A stretch of 64,000 nt of DNA from Selaginella moellendorffii (lineage: Eukaryota; Plantae; Lycopodiophyta), in the NCBI RefSeq assembly GCF_000143415.4, contig NW_003314363.1, positions 1 through 64,000 on the forward strand. Direction: 5' to 3'. The number at the start of each line of letters is the position of its first letter. Position 1 is the stretch's first letter. Shown in pieces: positions 1-11,971 of this stretch. The notes under the pieces are model-generated. The model searched no databases, had not been told where the DNA came from, and saw nothing but the letters and a program-made list of their open reading frames with translations. Made by a program: the position numbers and the translations under genes.

Positions 1-795
1 AGTTTGGTAATTAGTTTTTTTATTCGAAATCTAATAAATTGATAAAGATATATTATTACTTGATGATTCATTCAACACTATCATTTTCAACTTACTAAAG
101 TAAATTTTAATTAAGTGCACTAAAATATAATGAAGTTAAAAAATATAGATTCAAAACTCACATAAAAGACATACATTTTATAGATTTAAAAATATGAAGA
201 TTGTTATGGACTTTAGTTTTACATCTTTTCAGACTGAAATTTCTTTAATTTCATAATACTAAGTTTAATGTATTAACTTTATGTTTTATTTTATTTAAAG
301 AACTTTAAAATTTGAAATATTTATCTTTAATATTCCCTTTTTGCCTAATATTTATGCTCATCCATTTTTTCACTTATTTTTAAATTTAGAACTATTCTAT
401 TATATATTATAAACTTTTATATTGTATATGTTTTATATACAGAGAATGTTAATCTGAATTAGATTATTTTCTCTGTATATTTATTAATTTATATTTAACA
501 ATTATTGTTTGATAACAATGTTATTAGAAATTTTATATTGATAAATGTATGGTAAGGTTTGACTCTATAGTGGGCTGGAGTAGGGTTTGATGATATATAA
601 TCCTTTTGTTTATGCTAGAACTATAATATATCACAAAATTCATGAATAGTATATAGATAGGTTCAATATAAGTAAATTTCAATTGATGAGGAATCAAATT
701 TCTTTGTATGGTCCAAGTACTAATGTTGTCTTATCATATTTATACATTATTATGTTTTTCTTGTATAAATGCAATGTAAGAAAAAGTGGTAGAGT
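1..795 (+). repeat. Left arm of long imperfect inverted repeat (pairs with 3970-4692)
   Basis: Colinear reverse-complement matches, e.g. GTTTGGTAA at 2 vs TTACCAAAC ~4684-4692; TGGAGTAGGGTTTGATGAT ~576-594 vs ~4171-4189; GTATAAATGCAATGTAAGAAAAAGTG ~763-788 vs ~3976-4001. Confidence 0.9.
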
Positions 796-1362
796 ACATA
801 GTATGTTTTCTTATTTTTATAATGTTTTTATATTTGTATTTGACATCCTCCCCATTCAAAATATGTTTATTTATACTTTTAACAGTACTAATAAAAAGTT
901 AAAGTATTTTATTATATATCATTGTCATTGTTTATGTATATAGTTTTATATGAAGGGAACGCTAATATGAATTAAGATATGAATTAAAATAGCTGCTTCG
1001 TGCATGCTCACCCCACCACACTTTTAAAATAGTTGGAGGTTTGATTGAGGCTGGAGGAATAGAATTATAATTTCAATTACAATTTTACCTATTTTTCTAT
1101 TGAATCGAATTTATTTGAATTTATTTTTTATCATATTTCTATATAGTCACTAGTTATTTTATATAGTCACTACTTTATTTAATTTTAAATTTATAGAATA
1201 TTTTATATTGTGTCTATTATATACCATCTTTGTACAACAAAATTATGTTTAATTTTAAGAATGTATTATAAAATCAATCAAGTACTCTTTGTTCTATAAA
1301 GGGATTTCAAATTAAAAAGAGTACGCGAAAAAGGTATGCATTGTTAAAAAGAGTATGCATAC

Positions 1363-1508
1363 GCAGATATTTCAGCATACTCTTCGTTATATAGAATGAA
1401 AACTATATAGAATTTCAAATATAAAAAATTAAAATTCTTTAATTTTTAAAGATTTAATTTTAAAGTACTCTTTGCTCTATATAACAAAGAGTATGCTGAA
1501 ATATCTGC
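1363..1508. repeat. Short inverted repeat / MITE-like hairpin (33-bp arms, 1 mismatch)
   Basis: GCAGATATTTCAGCATACTCTTCGTTATATAGA (1363-1395) vs TCTATATAACAAAGAGTATGCTGAAATATCTGC (1476-1508). Confidence 0.8.
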
Positions 1509-2847
1509 TAGGAGGTATAGCATACCCAAGATAAATAGATCTTTTTATCTAATTTTACAATGTCAGAAATTTTGATTGTATACCAGGTTAAATTTATCTT
1601 AATTTTGCTACTATTCATCTCTAGAGAAATGGACAATAATGCAGTGACATAATAATGCAAGTGTTGGAGATCATTTTTTATTCATTATTAAATTTTAATT
1701 TGTATTTTTTTTATTACTTTTATAAAAAGCTACACAACTTTAAACACATATAGGAGATTTCTGCCATACTTTAAAAGCAATTAAGTTTTCACAGAACAAA
1801 AGAATTATATACTACCAAAAAATAAAAAGGTTAGTTTCGAGAAATTATAATTTTGATTTCATATTGAGCTAAATTGTTTTTATCTGAACTGTAATTGTGC
1901 CTCTAAATTTCATAGTTTACTAAAGAATAATAGAATTTCTATAATGTGTCTTTTTTTACATTTAAACATATGCATAAGTAAATCTATCTACATATTCACA
2001 CTACATTAGAGGTGTTTGAAAAGAGGTACATCCAAATATAATAATTATATTAGAGATATTAGAGATGTTACATTTTTATTTTAAAATAAACATTGTAGTA
2101 TTAAGCTTATCATTTGTGAGTAAAGTTTTACTATTGCATTTTATTTTCAATACTTCCTCATTTTATTGTATTAAAAACTACATTGTTGATACTTAAATTT
2201 TAAAGAACATTAAAAGTTAAAATGATATAATTAGATATCATATTACTATGTAAACGAAAAATATATTGATAATAATCTAATTTTCAAATAATATAAAATA
2301 TATTATTGACTTTTAACACAATTATAACAGCTATTTATTAAAATATTTATAAAAATAATATTTACAGGTATGATTTATATTAATTTTAAGATGAATGTTG
2401 TTGAAAACTCTACTCTTGAAGGCTAAATATGATTTAAACAATTAATTGTACTTTTAAATATCCTCCAAAACTAATCATATTTTTTAAATTTCCTCAAATA
2501 TATGCATGTTTTGAATATTTATATCATCAACGGTTTTTCTGAATAGAAAAATAAATTAGTTTATAACATAATTTGTAATTTATATTTCAAAACAATAGCA
2601 CCTTTTTATTTTCTTTCTTGGTTCAAATACTCCACTCTCTGGTTTTTATCTAAAAAATCTATACTTTAAAATATTAATTTTTTTAATACTCAAATTTACT
2701 ATTCAGTAATGGTTTATATATTTGTCATCTTGTAAAACCCATCTATAACACTTAAGTTCTATTGCCACTATCTACATTCCTTGGAGTTGAGGTGGGAATA
2801 TGTTAATATTGTAAATGAACTTAGCATATATAACAAAAGCACCAATA

Positions 2848-3272
2848 TATCAAAGTGGCCAGTCGTGTATTCACATGCAGCATCTTTACGTGAGAGGTGG
2901 CCTTTACAAGGAGGTATCCGACACTCATCTTTAAATTCTATCGTATTCTTTGTTCTCAAATTGAGCTTTGATCTAACGTATCTGGTCCTGGTTGTGTAGG
3001 TGAAGGCTGCATTGATTGCTGCCTTTAAGAAAATCAAAGGTGGAGATCCTCGCCAAGACAACACGTCCGTCAAGCCCATGATATCCAAGTCGTTGGCAGC
3101 TATAGTAGAGAAGAGTGTGAACAAGGCAGTGAAGGCAGGTGCCAAACTTTTAGTTGATGGTAACTGAAAGGGAGCTTTCATGGAGCCAATGATCCTGGAA
3201 GACACTCCCTTTGACACAGACACAAGGAAGGAAGATATTTTCAGTCCTGTGATCCTTCTGTACTCATACAAG
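2848..3272 (+). pseudogene. ALDH21: Captured fragment of aldehyde dehydrogenase family 21 (ALDH21-type succinic semialdehyde dehydrogenase); two exons, internal stop
   Basis: Translates YQSGQSCIHMQHLYVRGGLYKE, GT-AG intron 2914-2999, then VKAALIAAFKKIKGGDP...GAKLLVDGN*KGAFMEP...KEDIFSPVILLYSYK. Includes the catalytic-Cys motif GQSC and an EEIFGPV-like motif; TGA at 3165. Confidence 0.85.
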
Positions 3273-3349
3273 TAGGCTCTCAAAGTTTCTTAGCTCACAA
3301 AGTTCTTATTTACTCTAAAAAAAGTGATTCACTTAAACTTTTATTATTA

Positions 3350-3680
3350 TTAAATCAATCTATGGACCATTCATAAATTTTCATACATATTATGGTTTTA
3401 GGAAATTTTGTTTATGTATCATCAATACCCTAATATCAGAGTAAAACCTTACCTTTCATTGAAATATTTTAGCCTCAATAACATTGTTACAATGCTGTAA
3501 ATTTAAATAAAAATAAGTATTACATAGAGATAATAATCTTAATTCATTTTCTCTATATAAAAACATATACAGAAAGAATGTTAATGATATAAAATATAAT
3601 ACATTAACTTTTAATTAGTACTCTTTAAAATTATAAATATAAATATTATAAAGGGAGAGGATTTCGAATAAAATATAGAA
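3350..3680 (-). repeat. Third, more degenerate partial copy of the inverted-repeat arm (same orientation as right arm)
   Basis: GTAAAACCTTACC...ATAACATTGTTA...AGAGATAATAATCTTA...CTCTATATAAAAA recur in the same order at ~3440-3565 and ~4200-4345. Confidence 0.7.
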
Positions 3681-3969
3681 AAGGTTATAAAATTATAAAT
3701 TAAAAAATATACTATGTATTTATAAATAATTTTAAAAAAATACTAAATAATAAAAAACATAAAATAATATTAAAGTAGAATATAAAGCAAATAGTGTCTG
3801 TATAAATATGATATATTCTAACTTAAAAAAGAGGGTTTAATAGTTCTAGCTATTTCTTGTGTCATATATAATTTTGTTTTTATCAGTAATCTTATGGTAC
3901 TTATTGATACATAAATGAAATTAAACACAGTGAGATGTCATGGCTAACATTTATGTAATATCATAAATT

Positions 3970-4692
3970 TTCTAACACTTTTTCTTACATTGCATTTATA
4001 CATGAAAAACATAATAAGGTATAAATAAGATCAAGAGAATATTAGTACATAGACCATATAAAGAAATTTGATTCATACTCAATTTAAATCTAATTAAATT
4101 AAACCTATTTATATATCATTTGTGAAATTTCTGTTATATTATAGTTTTAGCATAAAGAAAAATATTATACATCATCAAACCCTACTCCACCCCAGTATAC
4201 TGTAAAACCTTACCATTCATTTATAATTAAAAAATTTCAGCTTGTATAACATTGTTATAAAGCCTTAATTTTTTAAACATTAAAATAATTGAATATAGAG
4301 AGATAATAATCTTATTTCAGATTAGCATTCTCTCTATATAAAAATATATAAAAAAATATAATGTTAATCATATATAACTGAATACATATAATTTTAAATA
4401 TTATTCTCAAAATGCATGAATGTAAGTATAAGGCAGAAGGGAATATTGAAGATAAATATGTAAGATATTAAAAGTTCTTGAAATAAAATATAACACATAA
4501 AGGTTAACATCTTTCACTTAGTATCATACAATTCCAAAACTTTCTGTCTGAAAATTAAACTCCATAACAATGTTTAGATTTTTGAATTTTATAAGATGTA
4601 TGTAGTTTAAGTGAGTTTTAAATTATCAAGTTATAATATTTCTTTTATCAATTATATAGATTTCAAATAAAAGAAAAAATTAGTTACCAAAC
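3970..4692 (-). repeat. Right arm of long imperfect inverted repeat
   Basis: Reverse complement aligns colinearly with 1-795; the left arm has an extra ~80 bp at ~67-150. Confidence 0.9.
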
Positions 4693-5669
4693 CTCAATTT
4701 CTAAATGACTCATCTGGCCATGGGATCCCATAGTGAGTAATTTCATTTATAGAAGATCCATAACTTCAATTAATAATCAGAGTTTTAAATGTGATATAAT
4801 GATATGCGTTATATTTATTATGTTATGATGTGTGTTGGTGATAGAATCAATTGTAGAAGGGATTTTTAATATAAAGATATTATGTTTAGTTATGTATGTT
4901 ATCAATATGAATATGTTAAAAATTACAATTATGATTACAACTCTTTGAAAGTACTAAACCATCAGAAATAAACATGATGCTCCTAGCATAGCTGGGACTT
5001 TTGCTAGTAGCACTTCTAAATAAAAGCGATAAGATATTCCTCGTTTCTATGATGATGATGATGATATGAACTTTTCAAAATTACTAAACAACGGAAATGT
5101 ACACAACACTCCCAGTGAACACATATAGATTTCAGCAATTTCTTGAGAGAACATACTGGAGAAACCAGTAAGTTCTGTAAACTCAGTTCTACTAACTCAA
5201 ACAAAATGGTGTTTATTTCTTTCCCAGCTATTAATTTCCTTCCAAGTTATTAGAAGAGAATTTAGAAAACTTTATTGTGTCGGTTTTAGCTGTTAGCCAG
5301 CCACACGACTCAATCCATCTTCACAAACATCAAGCATCAGTAAGTGATCCACATCAATGAGAAAGAAAAGTGCCACAAAGATATCAGAGATAATAACAAA
5401 AAAAAATTTGTTCTATTGATTGTGAGCCATTAGCTTGCATGCCACAGCAGCTTGCAAAAATCATCACTGGATAGTTTACAGTGGTATAAAAGGGAAGATG
5501 CCTGTCTTACCTCACTTATTTGATTGAGAAAAACATGGCAAGATCAGATCACCCGAAAGAACACAAAACTTGAGGAGTTACCACGGCAAATTTCCAGAGC
5601 TTTCTCATGGAACCCAAGGAGAGCCTAGTTCACTTGTCTTGCAGTGGTCTTGTCTTGCAGTTCCATCCT

Positions 5670-7260
5670 ATCCAGTAAGTCAGACATGGAAATGTCCCAG
5701 GGATCAAATCCCGCACAGTAAACCATAGCTGCCATTTCCCGGTCACCCTGCTACCTTCTTCTCGGATAACAGCGACCTTATGCTTTTCATCAGAGCTTGC
5801 TTTGTGGGTAGTGAAGGCAGTTTTCAGCTGGTCTCCTCCCGAGTGTCCTGCAGAGACGTTGTCCACTCGTCAAGGTATAGTTTATCATTGATGGAGAGTT
5901 TTACTGTTTGCTCTAATTTCATACGTCCCAATACTTCACAGACTACTCCGAGACTTTAAAGAACTTCACCCAAGTTGCCGAAATAAACCTGCACAGGAGG
6001 AAGTGAGTTTATAGAATGTGAATGCTTTTGGCAAGGCCAACCTCATAAATAAGTCCAAGTTCCTTTGAGAAGAGTGCGCTGAAAGCCACTGTGTCCGGTT
6101 CTAAAGTGAGAATGTCTACTTCAATGTCACAATTGCCCGCAAAGACATTTCTAGCAATAAAACTATAACTCCACCATCACGATATCATGTCCTGCAGAAA
6201 TAAGTTTCTTGCCAATAGGTCCTGTCCGCAGCAAAATCCACATCGTTTCAAAAAGAAAACCGATGAACGACATGACGTTGCATTGAAGGCACATTTTAAA
6301 TATTTCAACGTCCAGGCAAGTATCACTAATCTGCATAGTGGAAGTTAGCAAGGAAATAAAACCACAGTTTGTCTGACCTGATCAAAAGCTTGGACCAGTG
6401 CAAAACATCCTAGACGACCTTTGCCAGTCCCAACATATTAATGTGCAAATGAACACCTTCATCTCCAAGCTGGAAGAAGCAAGTAATCAGATTTGAATGA
6501 AAGGATATGAATTTCAGTACCTTCAAATCAGGGTGACGATGAGTGTAATGTCTAGATAAGTCACATACGACTAAGGACGAGATTTCCATGTGCCTTGACA
6601 GTTTCACCACCTGCTTGCGCAGCCATTGACAAGCTGTCCTTTCCACTGTCTATTGCAACCTCAAGCTCGATCATAGTGTCGCGAAGAGCAACAGCAGCAT
6701 TGTACATATATGCTCCTTCAGAATCAAGTTCAGCCTGCAAAGTTAGACAGATCATATGGTGTGTAATCACAATTAAGATGAGAGTACCTTAGCTCAGACA
6801 AGATTCGTCAAAGCTTCTCCACGCGCCAGCCTAGCCATAGCTGCAGAATTCAGCAGTCCCTGCAAATTGTCTTCAGAAAAAAGTAAAGAATTTTCAATCT
6901 ACCTTGATCAGTTGTTCACCACTAGCACAAGCAGCACCAGTGAGACCAAGATGGGAGATGCCAACAAGATTATCACTAGACACCTGAGCAATGACTGCAA
7001 CGTCCACCAAAGGGAGCTGCAGGGGTCCAACAGTTTCCTGCTGAACTACCAGTCAGGTGCATCAATCAACCTGCACAAAGCAAATGTTTAGAAGACGATC
7101 AGCTGTTATCCAACGAATTTAAACCTTTGTCGTTAGAAAACACTCTGAGCACACTGACAGTAAACTGAGCACACATCTCGAGGCATCCCTCACCGAGACT
7201 CCTGGCGTAATCACAAGTCACTGGTTTTCTGGCTTGTGGAGTTTTGTGACAAACTCAGGT
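5670..7260 (-). pseudogene. PUR4: Truncated, intron-containing phosphoribosylformylglycinamidine synthase (FGAMS/PurL) pseudogene fragment
   Basis: Exons give ...VCSECFLTTK|VD*CT*LVVQQETVGPLQLPLVDVAVIAQ...GAACASGEQLIK|GLLNSAAMARLARGEALTNLV*AK, FAGNCDI...FSKELGLIYE and KVAVIREEGS/GDREMAAMVYCAGFDPWDISMSDLL. Stops at 7064, 7055 and 6796; frameshift ~5748. Confidence 0.9.
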
Positions 7261-7354
7261 AGAATATAGAATAACGAAATGGTGCAGCATGTGCAATATA
7301 TATGATAAACCATAGGGAAATAGCACCCCGTAAGAACAGGAAAAATGCGATCAC

Positions 7355-7360
7355 AGAGAC

Positions 7361-7400
<40 letters not shown>
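7355..7400. repeat. (GA)n microsatellite
   Basis: AGAGACAGAGACAGAG followed by an (AG)n run. Confidence 0.95.
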
Positions 7401-7401
<1 letters not shown>

Positions 7402-8699
7402 ATGCACCTGTCCAACTGATTACAGTGCAAGAATTTATCACAACCAAGCCACCACAATCGTTGCAAACGTGAAACCTCATAGCCACCTTGTAACAATCTT
7501 CACCATTGCTTTGGAGCATCATAAATTTAATCCATCAGATTGGGAGCATCCACCATAAGTAAAATTGAATATTCTTAAATTGGAATATGTGACACTGATT
7601 CAAACAACTGCCTAGATTAAAACATGTGGCAAAAGGGTTGAATGATTCCTGTGACGTTTAAATTTTTTAGGGCGAGCCTGTAGTCTCTCACCGAGTTTAT
7701 TCTTCTTTTCAGTGCCAAGAAACAACCAAGTTGGCCTCAGATGAGACTTTTGACCAATGCTTTTGGCTATTGCGACTTGTGCTGGAACTAATGGTATGTG
7801 GGCAAATCTGCAAATCCTTTCTTATTTTTTGTGGCATTCATGCATCCCTTTGGCCTTGATGTTGGTACTCCCCGTCCTATTCAAAAGTGGCATTGTGAGA
7901 TTTGCAAATCCTCTCTAACTCTTCCAAGAGAATTTGTATTCTTCTTTTGATTGCAGTAACTACAGTTTCATGTGCTGTAGTTTCAAGACCACACTTGCTT
8001 TGGATCATCACCATAAAATTGGAGGACTGCCTCGGCACTTTATGGCTGCTGGGAGTGACTGGTTTAGCAGCCAGCCTACTGCGTCCTTTCAAGTATGTTA
8101 ATGAAGCTATGAATTCTTGGATATCTATTTTTCTCTAGCAGTGGCTGTTTAAGCTCTTCCAGTTTTTTTAACAAGATTCCACCACAACCAAAAGCTCCAA
8201 AGATATCAAGAGCATTGTCTATGGAGGATTGGAAGTGAATCTCATGAGTCTAGCAACCCAGAGCTGGCTCGTAAGTATGTCTTTCATATCTTTTCTTTGT
8301 TTATCCTTCTCGATTGATTCTATAATTTTGTCCTTGTGTTTTTTAAGCCTGGCAAAGTTGACCATGGGATTGATCATGCACTATTGTAAGCTTGCTTAAA
8401 ACTCCAATTTGTAAACTTCAGTGACTTGGTTCTTCCAGATTAGATTGGGAGGTTTTACCAGAGCGCATAGATTAAGCTTTGAGCTTGAGAGGGGTGGTCA
8501 AGCTTTTTTGAAAGTCTAGAGAGCCCAGGCCAGAGTGACTTAGATTGTGTCGTTGCGGGTAAATTTAGGACGAAAGGACTTTGTGTCCTCCCTCATTCCC
8601 ACTCCAAGTTAGCGAGAGAAAATGCCAAATATTTCAAACCTTGCACTAGAACAAATACTAAATTTTCTTACTAGATACTCCCTTATCTATTTAAATAAT

Positions 8700-11539
8700 T
8701 AATGGCACCAAAGAAAACATCTGGCCTAAGGCTGTCGTCGGCACCGAGCTGTGTGTTCTTTTTCATTCGTTCTAAGATGTGGATCTTTTGGTTCTTAGAT
8801 CGTCGCTGGAGTAGTAGGGTTGACAACGATCCAGAAATGAATCATAGTTAACTGGCAGCACATCGGCAATCTTTCAAAGTTCTCCAAGGCTTAACTGCTT
8901 AATGCTGGAAGTGTGGGTGACGACAAAACATTGACTTCATTCTTTGAGATGCTTGAAGTCGCCGTGAGACCTCCAACTAAGGCCAATGCAGTAGCTGTTC
9001 GAGCGGATTACCAGCAGCTTTTATGAAGATTTGGTATAAGTAAAAATCCGTGATTCATATCAATACAGATTTCCTATTTTATGTCATGGAAACCACTGAA
9101 AGCTGTTCCTGGTAGCCCTTGCTGGATCTGAGAAAGTGGAGAAAAAAGGAAAGGAAAGCTCCTAACAGAGGCTAAGAAAAGTCCGGACTGGCAAAACTCA
9201 ACTTGCATACACATAGCCATGTGGAGCTAATGGTAAAGTGGCTTATGCTGATTGGTAGCAGCTAAAATGATTGAAGAACAGGTTGGGCTCACCTGTCCAG
9301 GCTTTCATCCTTGATCAACAATTTATTCTCAGATGTGCACTAACACCCTCGACTCTAGCTCTTGCACAAGAACTGGTGTGGGAGAATGTCCACCAAACTG
9401 AGCTCTTGCTTCTAGTGCTTCTTGGTAAGAAATAGCTATCTTCTATACAGTCTAACAAGGAACTCATTACCTTGTTTGGAGCAGACTTCTTTGGGTGTGG
9501 TGAATTCAATAGGGACAATGCTAGAGGCCTTTTCTTTGCATTGGTACAAACTTTTATTTAAACACGAATACAAAGGCGGAACCGGAGGAAACAGTTGAGT
9601 TCATCAAGTAAGGCCGACAAGATCCTGTAAGCATTAAGCAGCAGAAAAAAAAAAAGATTGTAGTATCATAACTAACACTGGATTATCTTTTTTGCTCACT
9701 GTCAGTTTCCAGCAACAAGTTGGGCTATATTACTAGGAATGAGGCTATTTACAAGCCAAAATCCATGGCAGGATGATTGAGAACAATGATTTAGTTCCAT
9801 ATGGGAAGAGGAAGCGGATGATCAAAGATCACTACCTCACTCCAATCGTATACATTGGTAGATAAACCATCTTTTAACAGTCCCAAAGTAGTGTGGTGAA
9901 GTATAATAGAGTTCATCCATGTCATCGTCCTTCATAAAGATGTCCAAGCTTATTTTGTGTGTCCTTGACAACTGGGAATGGGGTGCACCTCACTACAATG
10001 CACAATAAAATTATGGCAGCATACTAGGCTTGAGAAGCGGCAGAGGTGAATGATACCAACAGTGAGATTGTTGTACGAGAGAGTCAAGATCCCAGTCTCG
10101 CTCTTGCTACCATAGCCCTCTGGACGAGCTCATGGCTCCACCCTGAGAACCAGGAGATTGTCCCTTCAAGGCTGTAGCAAGCAGTGGTAATAATAGTGCC
10201 AAGCTCGCCACTCCAGTGGGACGTTGCTATCATTCCTGGCAATCTTCTTGTGTACTTCTGTCCACGGAGTCATCCATGGTGATGCTGCCCTTTGATGACA
10301 CTCCCGTAGCTCTGGAACCTCTCACCGGCAACGGACAGGCGGAGGGATATTTCCTGGGAAGATAGGTTCAGCAGTTACGAGTAGACATTTTGATCTTGAG
10401 TTTTCTGGCATTCCAGGCACAGGCCCCTGCTTGAGGAGTGCCTCCGTGATGCCCTTGTCGTTGTGGAAATCAACCAAGAGATCGTCTAAGATATGAAACA
10501 TGGTCATTTCTCCAAAACTGTCCCAGCCTGAAAAAACAAAGAAATCAAAATAAATCTCCGGACGAGCAAGTGCCAGGATTATTGCACTGTGCAGGAAGCG
10601 CATGATCTATACAGTACAAAAAAGTTGACGACAAGCCCCTCCAAAGAAAAAGAGAATTCCTTTCTCACCTGGAGAATTGCGACACTGGCAGTATTGCCAT
10701 GAATCTCATTTGCTACAGCAGCAGTCTCCGAATCAAGAACTACATTGCTACAACTTCAACAACAAAGGAAGAAGGATAAAAACGAAGGAACTTACCACAA
10801 TACGCATGAACGGGCCATGACAATTCAGTCCCTTAAGTCTGTCCACTTTCACATCGTAGTCAAAGTAGTACCCGCTCTACGACTTCCTGGTTGGTGCGAG
10901 TTCGCATTCAAGCACGTTTTGGAGTTCACATGCTTTCACAAGAAAGCAGCAAGAGGTTTTAACCCATGGATTTCTTTCTGCTGCCACTCTTCGAGGAGGT
11001 TGCTCTACAAAAAAAGAAAGGGAAGTCCGAAAGCATTGTTACATTGTCCTTCGCAAAATCTATACAAGAGGTCCGCAAAAGCTATACAAATTTTCTCTCA
11101 AAACGTGTCAGTCAAAGGAAAGAAGAGAGGAAAGAAAAGAAGAAGGTAAAAACGGAGCTGCTTTCCGATTCGCTTCCTTTCCCAGCTTGGATCATCCAAT
11201 TCCCATCATAAGAGATGCAAGTGAGCGAGAAGAGAAACCGTGAGCGCTTACCATTCACACTAAACTTCCCTTGGAATCGACCCAATCAGGCATTCTTGAG
11301 CACGTTGAACGAGCCGATCTTGTCAATGCCAGGGTTGAAGGACTCCATTTCGCAGTCGAAAGAGGCTCCAATCCACGATCCAGAGATTCCTTGGAAGATT
11401 TCATGGAATCCGCCAGTGACTTCACAGCATCCGTCATTGATCTTCCCAGGTAAATTGCAGCTGCTGCTGCTGCTACTAGTGCCGTGCCAACGATTGCTAT
11501 GGCGAAAACCCTCTCCTTCCTCCGCGACGAAGACCCCAT
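8700..11539 (-). pseudogene. Probable degenerate multi-exon gene of unknown family with N-terminal hydrophobic anchor
   Basis: TATA-like TATATAAA ~55 bp upstream of ATG 11539. Exon 1 reads MGSSSRRKERVFAIAIVGTALVAAAAAAIYLG and has a stop just before a GTAAG donor. Downstream GT/AG-bounded blocks (e.g. 10322-10530) carry stops. The 3' limit is uncertain. Confidence 0.35.
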
Positions 11540-11971
11540 CTCTTTAGCGCATAGCTGAAACTTTAAATCAAAGGTCCTCACTTTTATTTCCCTTTATATA
11601 AGTTTTCTAGAGCACAAGGTGGGTAGTCTCTCTTGCCAACTGACTCTTCAGTGGCCGAGCGAGACGATGATGAGCATCTCTGAGCAACTGGAGCGCGGAA
11701 GAAACTCGTCATGTGAAACATCTTCTAAGTGGAGGAATTCAAGGAGTTATGGGACAACGCCCACATTGCAATGATAACAATCTCATGTAGGACTTACAAG
11801 GTCCATCCTAGGGACTCTTTGTAAAATTTGGTCATGATAGAAAGCGTGTTTCAGTCAATGTCTTAGCTTTATAACTTGTTGATTGTCTATTCAGGAATAT
11901 ACCAAAACCTGATTGGGCGGGTTGGCAGCGAAGAAACGAGAGACCACGCGAAAGCGGCTAGACTTTGTCTT

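Larger units (their letters stand above)
1..5007 (+). mobile_element. AT-rich non-autonomous Helitron-like element (3' part; 5' end outside window) carrying a gene fragment and long internal inverted repeats
   Basis: Extremely AT-rich and non-coding. Ends in hairpin TCCTAGC-ATA-GCTGGGA (4981-4997), then CTAG (5004-5007) and T. Contains a captured ALDH21 fragment in the same orientation. No transposase or RepHel ORF seen. Confidence 0.5.

Noticed and set aside
2768-3283. 171-aa minus-strand ORF
   Set aside because: It is the antisense shadow of the plus-strand ALDH21 fragment and has no recognisable motifs.
7600-8650. Short ORFs (e.g. 7877-8092) possibly from a retroelement remnant
   Set aside because: No RT, integrase, gag or transposase motif could be identified; left unannotated.
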